A stretch of DNA of 24,000 bases from Candidatus Heimdallarchaeota archaeon (lineage in GTDB: Archaea; Asgardarchaeota; Heimdallarchaeia; JABLTI01), in contig JAHLVZ010000001.1 in the NCBI GenBank assembly GCA_019058165.1, forward strand, positions 38,412 to 62,411, written 5' to 3'. The position numbers and the translations under genes were made by a program. Shown here piece by piece: positions 8,059-15,585 of the stretch. How positions within the stretch are numbered: position 1 is the stretch's first letter; every line of letters begins with the position of its first letter. Below the pieces are notes generated by a model, which searched no databases, was not told the DNA's origin, and saw nothing but the letters and a program-made list of their open reading frames with translations.

Positions 8059-8850
8059 ATGAAGAAAAAAACAATATTCGGTTTGATTTTTGCTTCAATG
8101 TTCATTGGTTCAATGTTACTTGTTGTTAACTCTGTATATGCAGGAGACAGTGTAGTAAACAAATATGCAGTTATCGTTGGTATTTCAGACTATGAAGCAA
8201 TAAGTGATCTTTCATATTGTGATGAAGATGCTACTGATTGGTATAATCATTTAAGTGTTAATGGATACACTTGCACAGTGCTTGGTGATCACACCAACAA
8301 TTACCCACAATTTGATGGATTAGCTACAGAAGACAATGTTAGACAAGCATTGGGATACTATCTTTCCATCGCAGATGACAACGATTTAGTAGTCTTTGCC
8401 ACAAGCGGACATGGTGGAGCCACCAGAGGAAGAGTTAAAGATTCATTCCTATGTATGTGGGATTGTGGTTCTGGTGAGAATGGTTACGACGGTTACATCT
8501 ATGATGATGAGTTAAAAGCCATCTATGATGGAGCTGTTTGTAATTGGTTCATCTTTCTTGATCATTGCAATTCTGGCGGTATGAACGGAGTTATGTCTAA
8601 TGCAAATAGCGCAAACGGTTACATAGCAGCAACCTGTACAGCAAAAGGATACGGATACGATTATCCACCTGGTCTAAATGGTGCATGGACTTACTTCTTC
8701 TTAGAGGTAGCTTGGCAAGAACACTTCGGTGGAAGCATGAGCATTTCTATGGAAGAAATATTCGATTATGCAGTATCCATTTACCCATATACGCGCAAAG
8801 ACCTTCCACAAGAATTCGACGGCAACGTAGCAATACCATTTTACCTATAA
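8059..8850 (+). CDS. Secreted caspase-like cysteine protease (clan CD, peptidase C14/metacaspase-orthocaspase-like, single domain)
   Basis: The signal peptide is MKKKTIFGLIFASMFIGSMLLVVNSVYA. The domain starts KYAVIVGISDYE. The catalytic His lies in VVFATSGHGG (codon 8410-8412) and the catalytic Cys in FIFLDHCNSGG (codon 8566-8568). This is the His-Gly...D-x-C-x-S-G arrangement of metacaspase-type enzymes. Confidence 0.75.
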   Translation: MKKKTIFGLIFASMFIGSMLLVVNSVYAGDSVVNKYAVIVGISDYEAISDLSYCDEDATDWYNHLSVNGYTCTVLGDHTNNYPQFDGLATEDNVRQALGYYLSIADDNDLVVFATSGHGGATRGRVKDSFLCMWDCGSGENGYDGYIYDDELKAIYDGAVCNWFIFLDHCNSGGMNGVMSNANSANGYIAATCTAKGYGYDYPPGLNGAWTYFFLEVAWQEHFGGSMSISMEEIFDYAVSIYPYTRKDLPQEFDGNVAIPFYL

Positions 8851-8854
8851 GTCT

Positions 8855-8897
8855 GAGAAAATCTTTGATTTTCTCTTTCTTTCTTTTCTTTTTTTTT
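8855..8897 (+). terminator. Strong hairpin plus T-tract terminator after the caspase-like gene
   Basis: A perfect 9-bp stem gagaaaatc-ttt-gattttctc (8855-8875) is followed by tttctttcttttc and a T9 run (8889-8897). The T-tract abuts the stop of the convergent 8896-10674 gene. Confidence 0.6.
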
Positions 8898-10674
8898 AGT
8901 TCACTCGTTTTGTTGATGCAGCCATTTTATCAGGATCTGAGATTATTTCGATTAATGCTGGTTTTCCTGATTGTAATGCATTCTCAAAAGCTTCATCTAA
9001 TTTCTTAGGATCTTTTACTCTAATCCCGAAACCACCGCAAGAATTTGCGAATTCTGCAAAATTGGGATTTGGAAATTCTACTCCAAAAACAGGATAATCA
9101 TCTCGAAGCAATTCCTTCTTAATGTTCTTTAGAACTCCATCATTAAACAGAACAACAACTATGTTCAATTTCTCTCGTACAGCTGTGGTAAAGTCAGCCA
9201 TCAACATAGCAAATCCACCATCACCAGTAACGCAGACAACATGCTTCTCAGGATATTCAAGTTTTGCCACTAAAGCTGCGGGTAAAGCAAAACCCATACT
9301 GGCAATATTGGCATTCAAATACGTTCTCTGTCCTTCACAAATGAACTTCTTGTAAAACCAATAAGTATGATCACCAACATCAACGGTAAAAATTGCATCT
9401 TTGTTGAAATTCCTTCTAAGTGCTTGAATAACGAATCCAGGATTAATTGGTATTGAGAGATCTTTCCCTTCTATCTCAAGTTCCTCTAAATGTTCAGCTC
9501 GCATCTTTTTGACTTCAGCTAAGAACTTTTTGTCTTCTGTTTTTTCTTTAACAAGAGGAACCAGTTTTTGTAAAATTAAGCCAGCATCACCAACTAATCC
9601 AACATCGACATCAAAGGTTTTACCAATTCTTGTTGTATCATTGTCGATTTGTAGAATCTTAACACCCTTCGGAACGAGATTTGCTTGCCTGAAACCGGAA
9701 CCAATTATGATAATTAAGTCAGCTTTTTGAATTGCTTTTGCTGCGTGTTTTGTACCTATTGATCCTAACACGCCTAAAGCTAACTCATGAGTTTCATGAA
9801 TTACGCCTTTCGCTCGAGATGTTGTAGCAATTGGTGCTTTTAATTTCTCAGCTAATTTAAGAAGCAATTCACCACAGTGACGTGAACCCCAACCACCAAA
9901 AACGACTGGTTTCTTACAACCATTGATTAATTCAATAGCTTTCTTGATTTCATCATCTGTTGCAACGACTTCGCTTTTGAACAAGCGCTTTTCCGGTTGA
10001 ATAATTGAATCATCAATTGTATCTGCTAGAACATCTGTAGGACAACTAAGAACAGATAAACCCAGTTTCTTGAGAGCGTATTTCGCAGCCATCATAGTAA
10101 GTTTGATAGCTTGATTTGAACGAGCAACAGTTTCTGCGTATTCAGAAAACGGCCTAAAAAGCTCGATTTGATCGATTTCTTGGAAAGCTTCACTTCCAAG
10201 ATACACTTCAGGTATTTGCCCAACCAAAGCTAAAACTGGACTTCTATCAGTCGCAGCATCCATGAGACCAGTTATCATATTAGTTGCACCTGGTCCAGCA
10301 ATAGACATGCAGACACCTAACTTGTCGGTGATTTTTCCATGAGCTGAAGCCATGAATGCCCCAGTCTCTTCGTGCCTGACGAGAATGAAATCAATATCAT
10401 CATTTTTACGAATCGCATTGACTAATGGTAAGTTTGAATCCCCGGGAATGCCAAAAACATGCTTCACTCCAAAAGAAACTAATTGCTCAATGATCTTCTC
10501 AGCTACAGTAGTTTCAGCTTTCTCGGTCTTCTTTTTTCTGTCTAAAGGAACAAAAGCAGATTTTGGAGCACCACAAACAGGACAGGTATAAGAGTGAGGT
10601 AAATCAGCGAATTTCACTCCTTCCGCATCTTCATCATAAATATAATTACAAACTGTACAACGATACTTTGCCAA
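8896..10674 (-). CDS. Rubredoxin domain fused to a thiamine-diphosphate enzyme of the pyruvate oxidase/acetolactate synthase family (592 aa, TTG start)
   Basis: The N-terminus [19 protein letters not shown]...[13 protein letters not shown] is a complete rubredoxin (CxxC...CPxCG). A Lys-rich linker follows, then [24 protein letters not shown] and the ThDP motif [10 protein letters not shown]...FNDG. GGAG lies 9 nt upstream of the TTG. Confidence 0.8.
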   Translation of the reverse strand: MAKYRCTVCNYIYDEDAEGVKFADLPHSYTCPVCGAPKSAFVPLDRKKKTEKAETTVAEKIIEQLVSFGVKHVFGIPGDSNLPLVNAIRKNDDIDFILVRHEETGAFMASAHGKITDKLGVCMSIAGPGATNMITGLMDAATDRSPVLALVGQIPEVYLGSEAFQEIDQIELFRPFSEYAETVARSNQAIKLTMMAAKYALKKLGLSVLSCPTDVLADTIDDSIIQPEKRLFKSEVVATDDEIKKAIELINGCKKPVVFGGWGSRHCGELLLKLAEKLKAPIATTSRAKGVIHETHELALGVLGSIGTKHAAKAIQKADLIIIIGSGFRQANLVPKGVKILQIDNDTTRIGKTFDVDVGLVGDAGLILQKLVPLVKEKTEDKKFLAEVKKMRAEHLEELEIEGKDLSIPINPGFVIQALRRNFNKDAIFTVDVGDHTYWFYKKFICEGQRTYLNANIASMGFALPAALVAKLEYPEKHVVCVTGDGGFAMLMADFTTAVREKLNIVVVLFNDGVLKNIKKELLRDDYPVFGVEFPNPNFAEFANSCGGFGIRVKDPKKLDEAFENALQSGKPALIEIISDPDKMAASTKRVN

Positions 10675-10794
10675 GGGAAATTACTCCTATATTATCACAC
10701 AAAAATTAGCTTATTTGTTAATTACATTAAAAGATGATTCTTAAAAGAAGTTTCTCTTAAGAAAATTTATATTAACAAATTTCTGTGGGAAAAT

Positions 10795-11349
10795 ATGATT
10801 CATTTGCATTGTACCTTTTCTTCTTCTTTTGGTGATTTTACCATAATTTGGAAAGAGATAGAAGGAAAAATACGTATCCAACGTATGTTTGTTTCTGATA
10901 AGAAGTTATCAGCGGAAGAAAAAACATTGGGATTTTTTCCGGATAGTGAACCAAGTTCTGCAGCACTAATTAACAAACAAGGAAAACACATTCAACGATT
11001 TCTTAGTGGAGAAGAAGTAAAATTCGATTTGTCCGTATTGGATTTTGATAGATGTTCTGAAGTTCAGAAGAAAGTATTAATTGCTGAATATAACATTCCG
11101 AGAGGTTGGATAAGCACTTACAAGCGTATTGCTAACCATATTGGTTTAAAAAATGGAGCGAGAGTCGTTGGTAACTCATTAGCAAGAAATCCATTCCCAA
11201 TTTTTATTCCCTGTCATAGAGTAATTAAAAGCAACGGAGAACTTGGTGGATATCAGGGTGGTTTAGCTATGAAACGTGCTTTATTAGAATTAGAGGGGAT
11301 CAAGTTTTCAGAAAAAGGAAAAGTGATTTCCACAAGCATTCACTATTAG
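10795..11349 (+). CDS. ogt: Methylated-DNA--protein-cysteine methyltransferase (O6-alkylguanine-DNA alkyltransferase)
   Basis: The active-site motif IPCHRVI is present, with the preceding GARVVGNSLARNPFPIFIP and following GGYQGG. This is the canonical Ogt/MGMT C-terminal domain. Confidence 0.9.
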   Translation: MIHLHCTFSSSFGDFTIIWKEIEGKIRIQRMFVSDKKLSAEEKTLGFFPDSEPSSAALINKQGKHIQRFLSGEEVKFDLSVLDFDRCSEVQKKVLIAEYNIPRGWISTYKRIANHIGLKNGARVVGNSLARNPFPIFIPCHRVIKSNGELGGYQGGLAMKRALLELEGIKFSEKGKVISTSIHY

Positions 11350-11478
11350 ATAGTTCTCGAAAAAACTACAGTGAATTTCTCACAAGATGAGAATTTTTAT
11401 AAAAGAATTTACAAATAATTAGCTAATATTGAAAGTTCGATGAGAAGAAAATGACATTAACACTTTTGAGGGAAAGAA

Positions 11479-12384
11479 ATGAAGTTTGTACAGACAGGAA
11501 CATTTAGAGAAAATTACTTGGAAGAAATTGTTGATTTTAAATCGTTAGAAAATATTGAGAATATGTTTTTGGAAAAACTTGATTATTTTATTGGATTTGT
11601 ATCTAAAGAAAAACCAGAAATAATAACCAAATATGTTAAAAATTTAGTAAAGAAATATCAGGGATTAGCAGAAGATAATTTATTTGAAAAACCTTCTGAA
11701 AAAATCAAAAAGATACTTGTAAAGTACATTTATTTGAGTCAATATCCTGATTTAATTAAAGTGTCTCTCAATTATTTTATTAATCTCCTACAAGCCAAAG
11801 AGAAAAATGTCTTGGATATGCCTGAAGTTAAAATTACCAAGAAAGCACTCATACAAGCGTGGATATACCATTCTTATTACTTCTTACAAGCATTGACAGA
11901 AACCATTGATAGAGAAGAAGCAGTGAAATTGTTCAAGCATTACATAACCAATTACTATTTAGAGCATCCTCCTACTTCCAGAGGGGAATTTGTTAGTCTT
12001 GAGAAAAGATTAGAAGATCGAACATCTGGAGATACCACTTCTTCTGAATGGGTTTTGGTTCACACTATGTTGGAAGATGGGAAATACGCTTTCAAAAATA
12101 AGAATTGTCCAACGTTGGCTGATACGATGGTAGATCTTACAGATGTTGAACTCAAATATCTTGTTGCATGTTATGGTGATTACCAGAAATTCAGGGGAAC
12201 TACCAATGAAAATATTATACTCACAATGGAACATACGATAATTCAAGGAGACTCTTATTGTTCTCGAGTCTTACATGATACTCGAATAGACTATGATTTA
12301 CGGCATCCACCGAAGGAGTTCTGGGACAATTTTGAGCCTGGAAAAGAAGAAGAAGCAATGAAATATTACAAAAAGAAGAAATAA
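11479..12384 (+). CDS. Uncharacterised protein, possibly of the L-2-amino-thiazoline-4-carboxylic acid hydrolase-like family
   Basis: The C-terminal pattern NCPTLADTM...LVACYGDYQKF...NIILTMEHTIIQGDSYCSRV resembles the C...C.D...r..T...Gd..C layout I associate with ATC-hydrolase-like (PF14196-type) proteins. This is recollection of a motif only. Confidence 0.35.
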   Translation: MKFVQTGTFRENYLEEIVDFKSLENIENMFLEKLDYFIGFVSKEKPEIITKYVKNLVKKYQGLAEDNLFEKPSEKIKKILVKYIYLSQYPDLIKVSLNYFINLLQAKEKNVLDMPEVKITKKALIQAWIYHSYYFLQALTETIDREEAVKLFKHYITNYYLEHPPTSRGEFVSLEKRLEDRTSGDTTSSEWVLVHTMLEDGKYAFKNKNCPTLADTMVDLTDVELKYLVACYGDYQKFRGTTNENIILTMEHTIIQGDSYCSRVLHDTRIDYDLRHPPKEFWDNFEPGKEEEAMKYYKKKK

Positions 12385-12397
12385 TGAAAAGTGTCGA

Positions 12398-12420
12398 GTG
12401 TGGGCGGATTCGAACCGCCG
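12398..12420 (-). repeat. Orphan tRNA 3' fragment (T-arm plus part of the 3' acceptor strand), a direct-repeat copy of 13641-13663
   Basis: gtgtgggcggattcgaaccgccg is identical over 23 nt to the T-arm/acceptor part of the tRNA at 13635-13743. There is no complementary 5' acceptor strand and no D or anticodon arm nearby. Confidence 0.85.
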
Positions 12421-12537
12421 CTCATCTTAATCCGTCAATTCTTGTGATATGCTTCAAAACAGCTTTTTCAACCATTTGAAAACAAGACTAATGGTTACGT
12501 ATTATAAATTAAATGTCCTCATCAAGTTGGTGAAGAC

Positions 12538-13611
12538 ATGGGCAAGGTAAGATTAGGAACAAAAATCATAATTGTTTTCGCATTAATCAATATTTTATGT
12601 ATAACTTACTCAAGCAGCATCAGTGAATCAAATGGTGAAAGTGGAATACATATTCCAGAGTCCTGCACAATTTTCACAACTACAATTGGTGAAAAGGTAT
12701 ATTTCGGTAATAATGAAGATTATAAATATGATGGAACCTATATATGGTTAATTCCAAGTCAAGAAAGATATACTTCATCAGGATATAAACAAATAAATGG
12801 GGCAGTATTTTTCGGATTTGACAATAACGATGATCCCAATGTAGATGGTGATCCACAAGGAGGAATGAATGATAAGGGATTATGTTTTGATGCAAATGGA
12901 TTACCACCAACATTAATTAACTACTCGTCAGGATTAACCTTTCCATATACTCACCCTTTTTATGAAATTCTTTGGGAATATAGTACAGTAAATGAGACTA
13001 TTGAATGGTTTACAACACATTATTTTGATATATATATGAGGTGTCAAATTCATTTTGCGGATGCATCTGGAGATGCAGTTGTTGTTAGTGTAGATGCAGA
13101 TGGAAATTTTGCTTTCACACGAATTAGTGATTCATCATACTTGGTGTCAACTAATTTCAATTTAGCCAATACTGAAAATGGGTTGTATCCATGTCAACGG
13201 TATGATACTGCATGTTCTATGCTAGAAGATATCACAACAGAAGACAACCTAACAATTGAAGCATGTAGCGATGTGTTGGATGCAGTACATGGTGAAGGAG
13301 AATATAGAACAAGGTATAGTAATATCTTTGACCTTGTTAATCGAGAAATTTACATTTACCATGATCGGAATTATGAAAGAGTTGCTAAGCTAAGTTTAGA
13401 AGAGGAATTAGCAAAGATTCTTCCAGAAGGAGATGGAATTGAAACTTCAAATTTTGTGTATTACAAATCTATTAGTGTTGCTGATTTGAAGTATCAGTCA
13501 ACAAAATCATTATCTGTTTATTCTATTGTTCTAATTGCTGGTTTAGCGGGAATTACTATGATTAGTAAAAGATTAATAGTTAATTCAAAACTCAAAATTA
13601 AAAAGGTATAA
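12538..13611 (+). CDS. Membrane-anchored extracellular Ntn-hydrolase, choloylglycine hydrolase/penicillin V acylase-like (linear amide C-N hydrolase, C59-type)
   Basis: It has a signal/anchor (KIIIVFALINILCITYSS), a short pro-region, then the putative nucleophile Cys in PESCTIFTT (codon 12664-12666). It also has YFGNNEDY (family GRNxD-like, with N replacing R), GGMNDKGLCF (family NEKGL-like) and a C-terminal TM plus basic tail. GGTGA precedes the ATG. Confidence 0.6.
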   Translation: MGKVRLGTKIIIVFALINILCITYSSSISESNGESGIHIPESCTIFTTTIGEKVYFGNNEDYKYDGTYIWLIPSQERYTSSGYKQINGAVFFGFDNNDDPNVDGDPQGGMNDKGLCFDANGLPPTLINYSSGLTFPYTHPFYEILWEYSTVNETIEWFTTHYFDIYMRCQIHFADASGDAVVVSVDADGNFAFTRISDSSYLVSTNFNLANTENGLYPCQRYDTACSMLEDITTEDNLTIEACSDVLDAVHGEGEYRTRYSNIFDLVNREIYIYHDRNYERVAKLSLEEELAKILPEGDGIETSNFVYYKSISVADLKYQSTKSLSVYSIVLIAGLAGITMISKRLIVNSKLKIKKV

Positions 13612-13634
13612 TCTATTTCATATCTAAATGGAAA

Positions 13635-13743
13635 TGGCGGGTGTGGGCGGATTCGAACCGCCGATCTCCCAAAGCGAAACAAAGAGCAAACACTCAATGT
13701 TACTCCGCAGGCGGGCGCATTGTCCAGGCTTTACTACACACCC
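13635..13743 (-). tRNA. tRNA-Arg (anticodon GCG) with a 31-nt intron (13672-13702) and genomically encoded CCA
   Basis: Manual fold of the minus strand. Acceptor GGGTGTG/CACACCC. D-arm GTAA-AGCCTGGACA-ATGC. Anticodon arm CCCGC-CTGCGGA-GTGGG, which forms only after intron removal. Variable AGATC. T-arm GGCGG-TTCGAAT-CCGCC. Discriminator G, then CCA. Anticodon at 13706-13708. The mature length is 75 nt plus CCA. Confidence 0.8.
13641..13663 (-). repeat. Second copy of the 23-nt direct repeat (inside the intact tRNA-Arg gene)
   Basis: Identical to 12398-12420. See the tRNA feature. Confidence 0.85.
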
Positions 13744-13774
13744 AAAGGTCTGATTTGTATTTCCAATTATAGAA

Positions 13775-13782
13775 TTTATAAA
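13775..13782 (-). promoter_or_regulatory. Candidate TATA box (TTTATAAA) for the tRNA gene
   Basis: The palindromic tttataaa lies 32-39 nt upstream of the mature tRNA 5' end (13743) on the minus strand. This is compatible with an archaeal TATA box plus a short leader. Confidence 0.35.
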
Positions 13783-13826
13783 ACTATAGGTTTTAGTTAA
13801 AAAATAGAAAAGGGGGATATTGGTTT

Positions 13827-14669
13827 TTACTCCTTCAATTTGTTTTGATTGAATCCATTGCCAGGTCCTTTGTAACGAGGATATTTCTCTTTGTTTAAAG
13901 TTCCTTCTTTAAACTGGATAGCATCTTCTGGACAGAGATTATAACACCTCAAACAAATATTGCAGTCATCGCCCCAAACAAATTCTTCATTCTCAAATCG
14001 AATATTGTTCGTTGGGCAATATTCTACACATAGCATGCATTCTGTACACGTTTCCTTTTCTACGAAATAATTACGAGCCCATCTTGTCCAACCGATTAAT
14101 TTCATAGGTACTCTTTGCGATAAACCACCAGAAACATTGATTGGATCCCAGCCTTGCAACCATCTTTTTCCCTCTACTATTTTTTTAACCAATTTATCGA
14201 CTTTTTTTGCAGCTTTTTCTTTTAGTTTAGTTATTCCTTCTTCACTAGACATTGGAAATGATCTAACAATAGGATAGGGTAATTTGACATTATTTGGCAT
14301 TCGAATATTTGTTGCTTGTTTTACTCTGAATCCCTTCCTTCTTAGTTTTCGAGCAGCAACTAAAGCTCCGTCACCACTGAAAAGCATCATTGTTGTAAAC
14401 ACGAAAGCATGTTTTCCTTTATTTTTGGATAGTGATTTTATAAAATCAATATATGTTAATGGTAAATCAGAACCAAAAATCGGATAACCAAAACCAACTA
14501 TAGACGCATCTTCTATTAAAGATTGCACTTTTTTGTTATCACTAATTTCCTCAGCTTCGATGGAATATTTTTTTGTTTCAATTCCACTTTGAGTTAATTT
14601 TTTTTCAATTTGATTCGCGACCCACCAAGTATTTCCTGTTCCACTAAAATAGAAAATCACTGCTTTCAT
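13827..14669 (-). CDS. Flavodoxin-like domain fused to a 2x[4Fe-4S] ferredoxin domain (EFR1-type ferredoxin)
   Basis: The N-terminus MKAVIFYFSGTGNTWWVA is the flavodoxin FMN-phosphate loop. The C-terminus carries CTECMLCVEYCP and CNICLRCYNLCP, two CxxCxxCxxxCP motifs. Confidence 0.75.
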   Translation of the reverse strand: MKAVIFYFSGTGNTWWVANQIEKKLTQSGIETKKYSIEAEEISDNKKVQSLIEDASIVGFGYPIFGSDLPLTYIDFIKSLSKNKGKHAFVFTTMMLFSGDGALVAARKLRRKGFRVKQATNIRMPNNVKLPYPIVRSFPMSSEEGITKLKEKAAKKVDKLVKKIVEGKRWLQGWDPINVSGGLSQRVPMKLIGWTRWARNYFVEKETCTECMLCVEYCPTNNIRFENEEFVWGDDCNICLRCYNLCPEDAIQFKEGTLNKEKYPRYKGPGNGFNQNKLKE

Positions 14670-14725
14670 TTTAATTACACTCTAGTTGCCTATCAGTATT
14701 TTAGAATAAAAATTTTAAGGGATAC

Positions 14726-15442
14726 TCATTTCTCAAAAATGCTTTTCATTTCCTCAAAAGAACTTATTTTTAGATTTGGCACTTGCAAACCTTCAAGCTC
14801 ACTATTAACTCCGTATCTATCTATTAAAACAGAAAACATTCCTACACGATTTGCACCCATCACATCAGATCTAGGATTATCACCCACAAAAACAGTTTTT
14901 TCTGCTGTGATTTTTAATTTTGACAGTGATTCATGAAAAATCTTCATATCAGGTTTTGTTATGGGAAACTCGTTGCATGGAGCAATTACAAATTCAAAAT
15001 GGTGTTCTATTCCAGCATTATTAAGACGTTTATGGATAATTTCTATGTCACCATTTGAAACAATTGCCATCCTGATTCCTTTCTTCTCTAAATAATTAAT
15101 CAAACTTATTGCATCAAGATAAGGTTTCGATCTCTTACTATATTCTTGTCGCATATACTCCCAATAGTTATCTGCTTCTTCTATAGATATATCTTTACCA
15201 AATTCTTTTAGTGCTAATACTAGGGATCTTCCAGCGTTTTCTCGATCTATACAAAAACCAACTTCTTCAACGATCCGAGATTGTTCTGAAAAATAGAATT
15301 CATCCCACTTTGAGTGAACTTGATCAACTAAATCCTCTGATAATCCTAGACTAGCTAATACTCTCTTTGTTACAATTTCATGTATTCCTTGATTGTTGAA
15401 AATCGTTTCATCAGCATCGAAAATTACTGCTTCAAAAGTCAT
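14726..15442 (-). CDS. HAD-superfamily hydrolase (subfamily IA-like phosphatase)
   Basis: Motif I VIFDADETIF (DxDxT), motif II IVSNG, and motif IV FVGDNPRSDVMGA. Confidence 0.8.
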   Translation of the reverse strand: MTFEAVIFDADETIFNNQGIHEIVTKRVLASLGLSEDLVDQVHSKWDEFYFSEQSRIVEEVGFCIDRENAGRSLVLALKEFGKDISIEEADNYWEYMRQEYSKRSKPYLDAISLINYLEKKGIRMAIVSNGDIEIIHKRLNNAGIEHHFEFVIAPCNEFPITKPDMKIFHESLSKLKITAEKTVFVGDNPRSDVMGANRVGMFSVLIDRYGVNSELEGLQVPNLKISSFEEMKSIFEK

Positions 15443-15585
15443 ACTTATCCTATCACAAGTTACTTCTTTCTACTTCAGTTTATAATATTCTTTATTTATG
15501 TTATTAAAGCAGTGTCTTTTTTTGTGAATTGACTAAAAGGTAAAAAAGAAACTAGTAAACTATATTCTAAGGACGTTTGTTTCTG

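Noticed and set aside
7360-8850. Gasdermin-plus-caspase-like-protease defence pair
   Set aside because: The neighbour is only 167 aa and has a signal peptide, and the protease is itself exported. This does not fit the cytoplasmic pore-former/protease logic of known gasdermin systems.
8685-9008. 107-aa plus-strand ORF spanning the caspase gene's 3' end, the terminator and the 3' end of the Rd-ThDP gene
   Set aside because: It is out of frame with both supported genes, runs through a hairpin/T-tract terminator, and its product is low-complexity (FFLFFFF).
11350-11478. C/D-box sRNA in the ogt downstream intergenic region (gatgaga / cgatgagaag strings)
   Set aside because: There is no exact RUGAUGA C box paired with a CUGA D box at appropriate spacing, and no terminal stem.
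12398-12520. Possibility that the left tRNA-like fragment is a second complete (or intron-containing) tRNA gene
   Set aside because: The reverse complement shows only the T-arm and a CACAC acceptor remnant. No complementary 5' acceptor strand (cacactc on plus), D-arm or anticodon stem is present in the next ~120 nt.
13672-13705. Canonical 37/38 intron placement for the tRNA
   Set aside because: Splicing at 37/38 would leave TTTGGG as positions 38-43, giving a C31.U39 mismatch and no proper bulge-helix-bulge. The 39/40 solution gives a perfect 5-bp stem (one G.U) and matching 3-nt bulges. The anticodon is GCG either way.
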